DNA of 64,000 nucleotides from Giardia intestinalis (Eukaryota): NCBI GenBank assembly GCA_000002435.2, contig CM018793.1; one strand, 5' to 3'. Shown piece by piece: positions 10,652 to 20,720 of this stretch (position 1 is its first letter; each line of letters starts with the position of its first letter). The notes under the pieces were generated by a model. It saw only the letters and a program-made list of their open reading frames with translations, ran no database searches and was not told where the DNA came from. The position numbers and the translations under genes were made by a program.

Positions 10652-11971
10652 ATGAAGGGTATACCAATACCAACTAGGAGCTCAAATGATTATGTTCAAC
10701 AAGAAAGTACACACCAAGGTATACTCCGCGAGGCTAAAACTACAGACACTAGAGTATTAGCTAGAGAGCCCTCCCTCTGCTTTGAGGACGCCTTTCAACC
10801 ATATGACCCAAAGAAGCACCATACTGACGCTAGATACATTTCTGGCGCTTTTCAAGAATACTACTCCGGAAAGAAACAGATCGCTCTTGAGGTTCCCCTG
10901 AATCTAGCATCAGTGACAGACCACGATGTTAAGAGTCGCGATCTTTACCATCCCACTGTAGGCCGCAATGTCCTTTCTCCTCGAGGCTTCAGGCTTAACT
11001 GCAGCCCACCCAAACGACCTGAGCTGCCTCTAATGCCGCCAGACAAATTATTGGCGCATGCATCGGAGCGACACCTTAACTCTGTAGCTCTAAATCCCTT
11101 CCTGACAAAGCAGTTATTTCCACACCAGTCCGTTGCCCAATTTATCAGCCTTAGTGACGGTACACTCTGTACTTATCCGCTAACGCACCAACAGGTGAGA
11201 TCAAAATACAGGCGATCATATACCCCCTTTCGGCCAGCTCCTCCAGCCCATGCATCCGCCCGCAACCTCACGTCTCCACTAGGTTCATTTGCAGAGCCAA
11301 CTATTCTAGGAAGTTCGCCACAATCCAATTTTGCTTGCAAGAAGCGTGTATGTATTAGCAACGCTAACTTGTCTGCGTACTTCAGAAAAACGCAAGAGAT
11401 ACATATGAAGCTCTTCCCGGTGGTGGACAATCGAGGCATTCCTGGAAAGAAATATCGATCTGAAAGCGTTCCTGCTATAACACCTATGGTCACCAATGAA
11501 AACTTCTTTGCGCAGCCTCTACAATCTCCCTTCAAAAACCTAAGCCCCTATATTTCTAGTCTAAAGCACTCCCCACCCCCTGCTCAAAAGCGCCCGGCAA
11601 GCACGTATATTGTGGACTCTTTCCCCGGTCGACTTGTGGGCGAGAAGAGACCGCTGACAACTACCATATCTACCTCTAAAGCCAATAACTCGAGACAGCA
11701 CTCTCCCTCATTCAAGAGTCAAGATAGTCCCCTCACAAGAGAGTTGACGGCCAAGGAGGCTACTCAACTGGGGGGAAGACCCCAACGGTCGGCACCAACT
11801 ATTGCCAGGCGGCCAACAATGCGAAGTTCGTTAGGTGCATGGGCTCTCGATCAAAGCCCAGCAGAAGAGATCCTTGAAAAAGTCAACCGTGAGCATGCAC
11901 TACCTCCAAGACGCATAAACTTCAGTTGCAAAAAAACCATTCCACTGTATCGGGCACGCTCCACAGGATGA
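10652..11971 (+). CDS. hypothetical Ser/Pro-rich protein (439 aa)
   Basis: ATG at 10652; the long ORF is rich in S/P/T low complexity. The initiator context is less A/T-rich than its neighbours, so the start is less certain. Confidence 0.45.
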   Translation: MKGIPIPTRSSNDYVQQESTHQGILREAKTTDTRVLAREPSLCFEDAFQPYDPKKHHTDARYISGAFQEYYSGKKQIALEVPLNLASVTDHDVKSRDLYHPTVGRNVLSPRGFRLNCSPPKRPELPLMPPDKLLAHASERHLNSVALNPFLTKQLFPHQSVAQFISLSDGTLCTYPLTHQQVRSKYRRSYTPFRPAPPAHASARNLTSPLGSFAEPTILGSSPQSNFACKKRVCISNANLSAYFRKTQEIHMKLFPVVDNRGIPGKKYRSESVPAITPMVTNENFFAQPLQSPFKNLSPYISSLKHSPPPAQKRPASTYIVDSFPGRLVGEKRPLTTTISTSKANNSRQHSPSFKSQDSPLTRELTAKEATQLGGRPQRSAPTIARRPTMRSSLGAWALDQSPAEEILEKVNREHALPPRRINFSCKKTIPLYRARSTG

Positions 11972-12352
11972 TCAACCTGACATCTTGAGCTTGCACTCAA
12001 GACATTTGGAAGAGCACTTTTAGGAGCATCTCTCAGAATTGGTCGCCGACCACAGCTCACTCCGATAAAGGCATACCATAAGCAGCACAATTACCTTAGA
12101 TTGAATAGTACATCAGTCTGGCAGTTCATAAATGGTTATGAGTTCCTTATCTTATTGCTTTAGCGATTGGTATTAAGTGCGCGTGCATAAAGCTTCACAA
12201 TTACAGAGTACTGCCCAGTGCACACCATGTTCTTTAATATAGAGCTAACCATGCATCCTTCATTTAACTATATTATCAAGTAATTCTCATCCTTGGTACT
12301 TATAAAGCGTGCATATCTGTTTGGTTAGTCACAATGCATAGAGCTCCTGAAA

Positions 12353-15076
12353 CTATAAATCAGATTCTTGTAATACAAACATGTTTTCAATAAGAGCTCG
12401 GCAATAGGGACATTTCCAGATAGATTCTACGGTGTATATCTTATCAGTACAAAACGAGCAGATAACCAGGTGTCGACAAGGTAAGAGCACACAGTCGGGT
12501 TGACGAGACATGCACACTATGCACGCATTCTCCGAGTGAGATTCTTCCAGCTTATAGAAGTGGTCGTCGAGCTCATCGAGAGAATTTTCGGACTCGCCTA
12601 AGATAGCGGCCCAAAGTAGCTCCAGGAAGCCTGGGAATGCACAGGATAGCTCCTGATATTCTCTATGTGAAAGAAGCGCAGCTAACAAGCGAGTTGAGAA
12701 TTTGCGTGTTATTGAGAGGAACACTGTGTTTGTGAGATCATCTCTAATACTCTCGTAGCAGGCTGCAAACGCTTCTTCAGTGTCTTGATTCATCTGATAG
12801 AACTCTCGTAGTTTAGTGAAACATAACTTCCCACTGGGGTCAGAGATGCATGCTTCTGACAGCAATAAGAGAGAGCATTTGCGATGACCGTGCTTTAGTG
12901 CGAGGAATAGAGCGCAGTTGCCATTTGAGTCAAACATGCCGGATTCAGATGCCACCAATTTCTCTATGATGCAGTCCTTGCCTGCTGCAGCTGCTATCAT
13001 CAGAGCAGTGGTTCCCGACGGATGCATCATGCAGTAATCTGTCGACTTCATACCCACTTCAGAAGACAGGTAATTGACAGCTTTATCATGCCCATTTAAG
13101 GCCGCATACATCAGCGCTGTCCAGCCAGTATTATCACACACGCCAATCTCTGTTGTTAGATGTTTAATAGCATTAATATGCCCTTTGCTGGCAGCATGCA
13201 TCAGGGAGGTCTGACCATTCTGGTCCTGTATCTTCCCTTCTAGAGTTATCAATAAATCGATAATCTTTATGTTACCCTTTCTAGCTGCTTTCATAAGGGC
13301 TGTTTGGCCATTGTGGTCTCGACGACCTGCTTCCTTTAAAAGAAGCCTTGCACAATTGATTTTGTTGGCTTCAGATGCATGCATTAAAGCTGTCTCTTTG
13401 GACTGATTTAGATAGCCCAGTTCAACCTCAGCGAGCTTTTCGGCAATGTCGCTATGCCCCATTGCACTGGCAATCATAAGCGCCGTTGTCCCCTTCCAAT
13501 ATGGCCGTCTAAAATGAAGACGCTCTGTAGACTGAAGACCGGCTTCTTCTGCAAAGAAGTAACCTAGGTAGTCTGTGTGACCTGAAAGAGCCACGTGCAT
13601 AAGCGCCGTCCACCCGTTACTATCACGCATTCCTCGCTGGTAAATAAACCGGGAAAGAAGCACCTCGTCGCGCATTACCGCCCCAACCATGAGCATTGTA
13701 TATCCATGTGTATAATTGAGCTTTGCACGCTTAGCAAGCAGGAATGCGGCACAGTACGTATGGTCCAATCGAAGTGCAGTGTCCAGAGGAGCTTCATCAG
13801 CTTCTTTCAGGTCATCGAGCAGGCTCATAACAAGGTCATCACGCCGATGCAGCACACCAAAATCAAGGGGTGTTCGGTAAGTCTTATCTCGGATATCAAG
13901 TTCAGAGGTAAGAAGCTTTGCGCAGGCCTTGTTATCGGCTAAGACTGCATAGTGGAGTGCAGTAAGCCCATCACAGTCCTGAAGTCTCTGCTCTTTATTT
14001 AATAGGAGAGAGACGATTGCAGTGTAACCATAGTGTGCGCTCCTCATTAAAGCAGTACAACCAGAGAGATCCTGCTGCCCTGCCTCATCAATTCTGCTCT
14101 GAACAAGATCGATAGAGCCAGAGATGGCAGCTTCAAAGAGAGTTAACCCGTCCGGTGAAGGAGGAGGAATCCTGTCGCCTAGTTCATCTCCAAGTAAAGA
14201 CAGAACATGTAAGTGGCCTTCCGAAACCTCTTCGTCTTGAGTATTATGCGCACTGTACTGTGCATGCCAAGACGCAGTGTGGCCAGCCGTATCCTGCAAT
14301 CCCTGCTCATATGGTTTTAGTAAGTGAACTATATGTGTCAGGCCTCGCGAGGCTGCAATCATGAGGGCTGTTGTTCCGGGTTTATAGAAGTCCCAATCGG
14401 ATGACGTTTGTGCACCAGCTTCGCAAAGCAAAAGGCGCACGCAGTCTATATTATTAGAATAAGTTGCATACATCAACGCGGTCCACCCCTCGTCATTTCT
14501 GAAAGAATTCTCGCGAGTTCGTAAGAACCGGATTGCTGTGGGACGATTATACATGGCTGCATGCATAAGGGCCGTCATTCCACACCCTCCTTTGATGCCA
14601 TGTTCTAGCTCAGCAAGCAGTTCAATCGACCGCATGTGCCCAGGGGAGACTACATATCCTTCTCTTATTGCATAGATTAGCGCAGTTGAGTCAGAGGAGT
14701 CTATCATTCCTGCCTCATAGGCCATTAAGATACGGACTAGCTCATCATATCCATAGGTTGCAGCAACCATAAGAGCCGTCGTTCCAGATGAAAACTGGTC
14801 CCATCGATTGGCCATTGTTAGGCCCGTCTCCACAAGTAGCAATTTGGCACAGTCAATGTAGTTGTTCATCACAGCGTAAATAAGAGCTGTCCACCCCTCT
14901 GCATCCTGGAAGCAGGCTTCCTTGCTTACCAGAATCTCAACACAGCCGGGGTGATTATTGGCTGCAGCACACATCAATGCAGTTTTTCCACCTGGAGTCC
15001 TTCTTCCTACTTGGTCAATATGCTGCATAACGCCATTCACATCTCCACGCTCAGCTGCATCAATTAACTCTGACAT
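12353..15076 (-). CDS. ankyrin-repeat protein (Giardia 'Protein 21.1' type, more than 20 G-x-TALM-x-AA repeats) with a C-terminal RING-HC (C3HC4) finger; putative E3 ubiquitin ligase
   Basis: ATG at 15076-15074 behind cattaaattttaa. Repeats such as GKTALMCAAANNHPGCVEILV, GWTALIYAVMNNYIDCAKLLL and GQTALMKAARKGNIKIIDLL. C-terminus CIVCMSRQPDCVLLPCRHLVICSFCTDKIYTVESIWKCPYCRALI follows C-x2-C-x11-C-x-H-x3-C-x2-C-x12-C-x2-C (about 12370-12520). Confidence 0.8.
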   Translation of the reverse strand: MSELIDAAERGDVNGVMQHIDQVGRRTPGGKTALMCAAANNHPGCVEILVSKEACFQDAEGWTALIYAVMNNYIDCAKLLLVETGLTMANRWDQFSSGTTALMVAATYGYDELVRILMAYEAGMIDSSDSTALIYAIREGYVVSPGHMRSIELLAELEHGIKGGCGMTALMHAAMYNRPTAIRFLRTRENSFRNDEGWTALMYATYSNNIDCVRLLLCEAGAQTSSDWDFYKPGTTALMIAASRGLTHIVHLLKPYEQGLQDTAGHTASWHAQYSAHNTQDEEVSEGHLHVLSLLGDELGDRIPPPSPDGLTLFEAAISGSIDLVQSRIDEAGQQDLSGCTALMRSAHYGYTAIVSLLLNKEQRLQDCDGLTALHYAVLADNKACAKLLTSELDIRDKTYRTPLDFGVLHRRDDLVMSLLDDLKEADEAPLDTALRLDHTYCAAFLLAKRAKLNYTHGYTMLMVGAVMRDEVLLSRFIYQRGMRDSNGWTALMHVALSGHTDYLGYFFAEEAGLQSTERLHFRRPYWKGTTALMIASAMGHSDIAEKLAEVELGYLNQSKETALMHASEANKINCARLLLKEAGRRDHNGQTALMKAARKGNIKIIDLLITLEGKIQDQNGQTSLMHAASKGHINAIKHLTTEIGVCDNTGWTALMYAALNGHDKAVNYLSSEVGMKSTDYCMMHPSGTTALMIAAAAGKDCIIEKLVASESGMFDSNGNCALFLALKHGHRKCSLLLLSEACISDPSGKLCFTKLREFYQMNQDTEEAFAACYESIRDDLTNTVFLSITRKFSTRLLAALLSHREYQELSCAFPGFLELLWAAILGESENSLDELDDHFYKLEESHSENACIVCMSRQPDCVLLPCRHLVICSFCTDKIYTVESIWKCPYCRALIENMFVLQESDL

Positions 15077-15803
15077 TTAAAATTTAATGAATCGGGCTTC
15101 TTCAATTCAGTAGACACTACCACAGCTTCCATAGATGGATAATGCTATAATATCGGGTCTCCTAAAGCTGCAGGTTGAAGGCGTAACTGTTGGAAGAAAG
15201 TTATGCGTTGTGATGGAATCTTTGACTGCATTACTTTTTACAACATAGTCAGGATTTATGATATATGCCCTATAGAGATCCGTATCTCGATGCAGATTCT
15301 CATTCCACTAACGTGCTTTTTTGAACTAGAACGCATCAAATATATGGTAATGATACAGTAGATAGTACTGGTATCTTACATGAAGAAGAGCTAACAGCGT
15401 GGCCACAATCTATCATCTAGCTGGGTCCAATTTAACTGACATTAGTTTCATAGCAATTACAAAATAGTATGTGTAAAAGCATTCTTCTGTCCAGTAGTGT
15501 TCTAATGTTCTCATCTCAAATCTAAGAGTATATCTCCACGAAGCTTTGAGTTATCAAGACAATCCCAATATTATCGAGCGCTTTGTTCACATGGTTTTCC
15601 TAATATGGCATGATAGAGAGAATGCGCTAAGAAATTAAGGCAGCTAGCAGAGATAGTATCCCACATAAAAAAATTAGCAAGGTAAGTTTGAGAATATACG
15701 TTGCTAAGAAGCTATTCACTTTAGCAGTGGTTTAAAATACCGTCCTAAAATACTATGAACACTACCTTATTATGACTACACGTATACGCGCTTTTTCACA
15801 TTA

Positions 15804-18257
15804 TTACACAGATTTTGAGCGAACGAGCGCTGTAGTACTCGAAGAAGCACCGATGTGCTTGCTTCTACAAAGGAACCACCAGCAAAGGAAACCAACCAAA
15901 ACACCGATGACAACTACCCCGGCCACTGTCCCCCCTGCGATCGCCGCCGTCCTCTTCCTGGCCAGCTCCTTGGCTGGGACACAGACGCCCTTCGTGAGGA
16001 CCGCGTCGAGCTCGCACATGCACAGCCCCTGGTTCGATGAGGCCCTGGCACCGCACCCCTCTGCACATGTCCGCTGATCTATCTGGATGTTATGATTCGA
16101 GGCGGCACACAAGAGGCACTTACCCGACTCATCGCAGGCAGCACACAACGGCATGTCAGGGGGACACTCGGTTGGGAGCACACACCCGGACCTGTCCAGC
16201 GCCGGCAGGAAGCCCCGCTCGCACCAGCACCTCCGCACGCCACCGGACACCTCTCCCACCACTTTGTCCCCACTGCACTCCCCCAGGCACGACCGCCCGT
16301 CCAGGCTCACGAAGAGCTCCCCCGCACACTCTGTGCAGAAGGAGGTATGCCCGCAGGTCTTGCACCCCGGAGTGGCGCAGGGCAGGCACGCATCTCCGTC
16401 TGCGTAGTACCCGTCCCCACAGGCGTTGGGGTCAATGCAGCTCCCGGTGGTGGCACCCGAGGTCCTCTTCAGGAGCTTGTCAGAGGGGCACCTGGTGCAG
16501 CGGCCGGGGCCAGGGGCAGTGCACCCCAGACATGTCGGATCGCACTCCAGCAGCTTTCCATCGTCCGATATCCAGTACCCCTTCTTGGTCGTTGTGCACT
16601 TTCCGTTTGACTGCTTACCACAGATAGTGCTTCCTGGATAGTGCACCGTTGTGTAGCAGCCCCCGTTCATCAGGAAGGCCGCTCCTGAGCATGTAGTACA
16701 AGCACCATTTGTCGTACTGGTACAGTACGCGTCCCTTTGTGTGTTCGGAATACACACCCCGTTGAACGGATACGTGCTTGCGTCCTTGCAGCGCGTGCAG
16801 TACCTGCTGCCGTCGATGGTGATGCCGCACTCTGCACACTCACTACCAACAGAACACTGGCTAACGCAGTCTGCGCTCTCGCTGGAGGCAATCGAGAAGT
16901 TCAGGATCTTACCGGGACTGCACTGCTGGCAGCCGGTTGGTGTGCCATCTTTGCAGACAGCGCACGAGTTTGTGCATGGTGTGCACGTTCCAGAGCTGTT
17001 GTAGAACGTCGGCCTGCAGACGCAGCGGCACGACAGTATCTTGGTTGAGCTACTCTTTTCTACTATCTCTGTGCACGCCCCCCGAGTGTCTCCACTGCAG
17101 CTCTCACTGCAGGACTTCCCATCCACTCCTAGGTATCCCGCCGAGCACCGCGTACACGTCACACCGTTATTGTAGCCGCATGTAGCACAGCCACGCACAC
17201 CGTTGTTTCCAGCGTCGCCGCATAAGTATCGGTCGCCACTGCTAGTATCAGTTTTAGGAAAAATGAAGTCAAAAGTACTGCTCCACTGGGTGCATTTTCC
17301 CTGGTCGATCTTCTGGCACAGCCTTGAGCCGATGAAGGAGTTTCTGTCATAGCAGCCGCCATAGAACAAGAAAGACTTCCCGGTGCTGGAGCAACCTGTG
17401 CACAACCCTCTGCTTGCATCTTTCGTGCAGTCAGAAAACAGGCTTCCGGAGGCGCTTTCCCCGACGAAGGTGCACCCCCCATTCTTGGGTGCGTGCGACG
17501 TGTTCACGCACTCTGTGCAGATCGTCACGTTGTCTAGCTCGTACTGATTCGCCCCCGCGCATATGGCAAATCCAGTCGAACTGTGTCGACTATAGCATCC
17601 ATATTCATAGAACAAATGTGTCTTGTGGCATGACGTACAATACCCGTTAATGCAGTTGTGAAGCCCTTTGGCTTGACACTGATAGTCAATCGGATAGAGA
17701 CTTCTAGGATTACATTCAAAGCACAGCGCAATACCTACTTTGTCAGTGATGGGGGGAAGGCAGTCTAGACACCCAGAGGCGCCCTTGTACCCATTGAACC
17801 CGACCGTGTCGGAGCACAGAATGCACTTCTCAGCTGCACCCACATCTGGATTGGTGAAGACATATTTCTTGATAGTTTGTACGTTACATTCGGTACACTT
17901 GCCGCCTGTTGCTTGACAACAGATGTCACTCCCGACAGTAGATTGATCTATCGTATAGCAGCCACCGTAGAATAGGAACACGTTTTGCTCTGACTTGCAC
18001 TCGACACATCGAGTCGGCGACGAGGCGTCATCTGGAATGCATACAGAAGAAGCATCTAGCAGCTGACATGTTCCATTTATCGGGACGTAGCCAGAAACGC
18101 ACTGGGTGCACAACTCATCTCGCCCCACAAAGATGCACCTATTCTGAGCACAATTGTTTTGGTTATTTTTGCACGCTACACCGAAGCTGTTGTAATATAT
18201 TTCCGCAGCTGCTTCACAGAATGAGGCAAAAAGAAGCACTGACAGCAAACCGAGCAT
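15804..18257 (-). CDS. high-cysteine membrane protein (HCMP; VSP-like, CXXC-rich, type I)
   Basis: 817 aa. N-terminal signal peptide MLGLLSVLLFASFCEAAAE. Dozens of CxxC/CxC motifs (TCTxC, CAxCKDG, GCKTCGH...). Single C-terminal TM IAGGTVAGVVVIGVLVGFLCWWFLC followed by RSKHIGASSSTTALVRSKSV; the longer tail in place of CRGKA marks an HCMP rather than a bona fide VSP. ATG behind taatgtaaaatcca. Confidence 0.85.
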   Translation of the reverse strand: MLGLLSVLLFASFCEAAAEIYYNSFGVACKNNQNNCAQNRCIFVGRDELCTQCVSGYVPINGTCQLLDASSVCIPDDASSPTRCVECKSEQNVFLFYGGCYTIDQSTVGSDICCQATGGKCTECNVQTIKKYVFTNPDVGAAEKCILCSDTVGFNGYKGASGCLDCLPPITDKVGIALCFECNPRSLYPIDYQCQAKGLHNCINGYCTSCHKTHLFYEYGCYSRHSSTGFAICAGANQYELDNVTICTECVNTSHAPKNGGCTFVGESASGSLFSDCTKDASRGLCTGCSSTGKSFLFYGGCYDRNSFIGSRLCQKIDQGKCTQWSSTFDFIFPKTDTSSGDRYLCGDAGNNGVRGCATCGYNNGVTCTRCSAGYLGVDGKSCSESCSGDTRGACTEIVEKSSSTKILSCRCVCRPTFYNSSGTCTPCTNSCAVCKDGTPTGCQQCSPGKILNFSIASSESADCVSQCSVGSECAECGITIDGSRYCTRCKDASTYPFNGVCIPNTQRDAYCTSTTNGACTTCSGAAFLMNGGCYTTVHYPGSTICGKQSNGKCTTTKKGYWISDDGKLLECDPTCLGCTAPGPGRCTRCPSDKLLKRTSGATTGSCIDPNACGDGYYADGDACLPCATPGCKTCGHTSFCTECAGELFVSLDGRSCLGECSGDKVVGEVSGGVRRCWCERGFLPALDRSGCVLPTECPPDMPLCAACDESGKCLLCAASNHNIQIDQRTCAEGCGARASSNQGLCMCELDAVLTKGVCVPAKELARKRTAAIAGGTVAGVVVIGVLVGFLCWWFLCRSKHIGASSSTTALVRSKSV

Positions 18258-18539
18258 TGGATTTTACATTACAAAACTTATTGCAATTTTTTCTTAAAGG
18301 GTTTATGCACATAACTCTGTTCTTTACTAGCCTCATGATCGCACTCTTCTAATCATGCTAAATTAAGGCTTTTCTAGTTCTCAACCTCTTTGGTGCTTGT
18401 GTCTTTTTCTTCGCAACTTGTAAATTATATCTTTTTGGAGTAATACTGCTCATGAAAGTATGAACCGACTAGGCAACTCATTGGACGATGCAGTAACAGT
18501 GGTAGGTTATAAATCTATTTATTTGACGAATAAAAGGTG

Positions 18540-18870
18540 ATTCGCCCCATCCATCGGCTATTTTCAGGGCTGTGCTGTAGGTGCCCGTCTGCAAGCATGC
18601 GGCTCCAGCGTGCCGCGCGAAGCCCCCGGGCGCACCCCCATCGTCCAGGCACCGATAGAGCTCCCTCGCAGATCGAGCCTCCTACCGTGTTTGCAGGAGC
18701 AATGGAATGCGAGATTCGCAGGAGCCCAGAGATCGAGCACGACTACCACTCGGTGTGAGGTCAGGCATCATGCGCTAGAACCCTGGGTCAGCGCCCCAGC
18801 CCGCCAGTGTGAGGCGCCGGGCACTCACTGCTCACCCACGCCAGAACACCGCCCACCTGTTCACCACACA
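18540..18870. other. GC-rich ORF-less block immediately 3' of the VSP poly(A) signal
   Basis: About 330 bp that look around 65% GC (gcccgtctgcaagcatgcggctccagcgtgccgcgcgaagcccccgggcgcaccccc...), set in otherwise AT-rich intergenic DNA. Only short overlapping junk ORFs on both strands. Confidence 0.4.
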
Positions 18871-18872
18871 GC

Positions 18873-18887
18873 GTTTACTACCTAAGT
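18873..18887 (-). terminator. extended VSP polyadenylation signal ACTTAGGTAGTAAAC (matches ACTYAGRTAGTRAAY)
   Basis: Minus-strand sequence after the TAG stop reads ATTTAGCTGTGACTTAGGTAGTAAACGC. This matches my recollection of the conserved extended poly(A) signal reported for VSP genes. Confidence 0.6.
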
Positions 18888-18898
18888 CACAGCTAAAT

Positions 18899-20095
18899 CT
18901 ACGCCTTACCCCGGCAGAGGAACCACCAACACAAGAATCCCACGAGGCCCCCGACGACGATGACAGCAGCCACAGCAATGCCTGCAATAGCGCCGGTAGA
19001 AAGGCCGCTACTCTTGTTTGTGCTACCGCTATCATTTATGAGGTAGCAGACGACAGATCCTTGATTATTAGATGGAGGAGCGCAGCTCACACAGCTGCTA
19101 ACACCTTGGATAGCACTACTATTCTCGGTACATTTCACACACAGCTTTTTATCAGAATCGAAATAGTATCCCAGAAGGCAAGATTGGCATTCGGGTGCCC
19201 GCGAGGATGTCCCTGTACATGTGTCACAGCCTGTTGGACACACAGGACAGGCTCCAGTATTGGTATCTGGTCTCTGTCCATTTACGCACGTAGTACACAG
19301 GCTATTGGGACCCACCGCTGCACATATCTGGACACCAGGCTGTCTGCCGAGTTTATAGCAGCCTCCGTCTTGAAGGAAATGATCTGCAGCACACTGAGTG
19401 CATACGCCACCTGCTGCGTTCGTGCAGAATGAATTCCTTGTTACTGAATTAGCGCACACGCCATTCTGAGGTGCCCACTTATCTTCCTTGCATTTTGAAC
19501 AGTACTTCGTACCGCCGATTACCGCTCCACACTCTGCACACCCGTCCATCTCTGCTTTGCACTCATCTACGCAGGATCCACCTTGACTAGGATCATCATT
19601 GGTGTATTTTAGCATTTTCCCGGGAGGACAAGCTGTGCACTTTGCTGGCCCCTTTGTGGTGCACCCAGCACAGCTAGGATCACAAGGCTCGCACGCTTTG
19701 TCTCCATCATAGTAGCTTCCTATTGCTCCGCAGCTCTGCGTGCACTGCTTTGTCGGGGTGAGGTAATTGTTATCATTACATTCAGTGCAGATTTCGTTGT
19801 CTGTTTTGGGGTTGTCACAGGTCTTACAGTTGGGAGTATTGCACTGTGTGTTAGAGGCCTTCTCGCACCTGTTCTCTCCGGTGACCGGTCTGTATCCTCC
19901 CTCGCACTCGCACACATTCGAGCTGGCCGCGGAGTGCGCCGGGCAGGCGGCGTCACAGCTCTTCCCGTCGACCTGTATCTTGTGAGAATCGTTGGTGCAT
20001 GCCGTGCACGTCTGGTCGCCAGGGTCGCAGGTCTTGCAGCCCGCCGCACAGCTTGCCTGTGTTACCGCACAAACTAGGAGAAATCCTAACAACAT
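18899..20095 (-). CDS. vsp: variant-specific surface protein (VSP)
   Basis: Ends ...GAIAGIAVAAVIVVGGLVGFLCWWFLCRGKA-stop, the invariant VSP C-terminus. CXXC-rich ectodomain with GGCY motifs (FLQDGGCYKLG). The track ORF extends to 20377 through a non-Cys-rich leader. I place the start at ATG 20095-20093 (MLLGFLLVCAVTQASCAAG...), a classic short VSP signal peptide. An in-frame alternative is 20140 (MHQPSGRAVARVLRLMLLGF...). Confidence 0.85.
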   Translation of the reverse strand: MLLGFLLVCAVTQASCAAGCKTCDPGDQTCTACTNDSHKIQVDGKSCDAACPAHSAASSNVCECEGGYRPVTGENRCEKASNTQCNTPNCKTCDNPKTDNEICTECNDNNYLTPTKQCTQSCGAIGSYYDGDKACEPCDPSCAGCTTKGPAKCTACPPGKMLKYTNDDPSQGGSCVDECKAEMDGCAECGAVIGGTKYCSKCKEDKWAPQNGVCANSVTRNSFCTNAAGGVCTQCAADHFLQDGGCYKLGRQPGVQICAAVGPNSLCTTCVNGQRPDTNTGACPVCPTGCDTCTGTSSRAPECQSCLLGYYFDSDKKLCVKCTENSSAIQGVSSCVSCAPPSNNQGSVVCYLINDSGSTNKSSGLSTGAIAGIAVAAVIVVGGLVGFLCWWFLCRGKA

Positions 20096-20689
20096 TAGCC
20101 GGAGTACACGTGCAACTGCTCTTCCGCTAGGCTGGTGCATTGACCGCGAGCAGTGAGAGACAGCCGCTCTTGCTCTCTCGATCAGTTGAACTGGAGAAGA
20201 ACGAGATAGGAGCACACCCACCAGAGGCCAGCTGATAGTGCAGTTCTCTCTGGCTTCAGTAAGAACAAGACCAGTAAGGGACAGACTCAGATCGCACCTC
20301 TCTTGTGGAATGATTGGTCGGGGTGCACTCTTGTACATTGCTGTCAGTATGTTTGTCGGCTTCCTTTGCAGAGGCAAGGTGTAGATTTAGATAGCAAACG
20401 TGTCCCTTGTACAACCTGCTCTCTCCTCGCCAGGCACGGACTCCAAGATCTCTGTGCATGCGGGACCAGGAAATCCTAAGTAAGCAGCGATGCTCCTCCT
20501 GCTCCGGTAGCCCAGCCGCTAGCAGCTCCTCTCCAGGGGCTTTTGCTCCCTGGTCACAGCCTTCTGTGCTCTCTTGCAGTCCCTGGGGAGATACCGGGTC
20601 CGTGGAAGTGCGGACCAATAGAGGTAAGCCCATGAGACGCTCTCGCCTGGTGTGTGCATAGCTCTGATCTCGTGTACTAAATACTACTA

Positions 20690-20720
20690 AAGTTCCCACC
20701 GCATAACAAGGTGCCAGGGG
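20690..20720 (+). repeat. copy 1 of an imperfect direct repeat (AAGTTCCCACC-N5-ACAAGG-NGCC-GG)
   Basis: aagttcccaccgcataacaaggtgccaggg; copy 2 lies 312 bp downstream. Confidence 0.45.

Noticed and set aside
15855-17650. Numerous 60-196 aa ORFs on both strands, including 16037-16627 (196 aa) and 16092-16610.
   Set aside because: All lie inside or antisense to the HCMP gene (15804-18257). It is GC-rich and Cys-codon rich, which inflates alternative-frame ORF length. The translations are Arg/Pro/Gly junk.
20096-20377. The track's longer VSP start at 20377 (MPLQRKPTNILTAMYK...).
   Set aside because: The 94-aa leader has no Cys motifs and no signal peptide, and it reads into the GC-rich island. 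The internal ATG at 20095 gives a classic VSP signal peptide (MLLGFLLVCAVTQA). A longer precursor cannot be excluded without 5' mapping.
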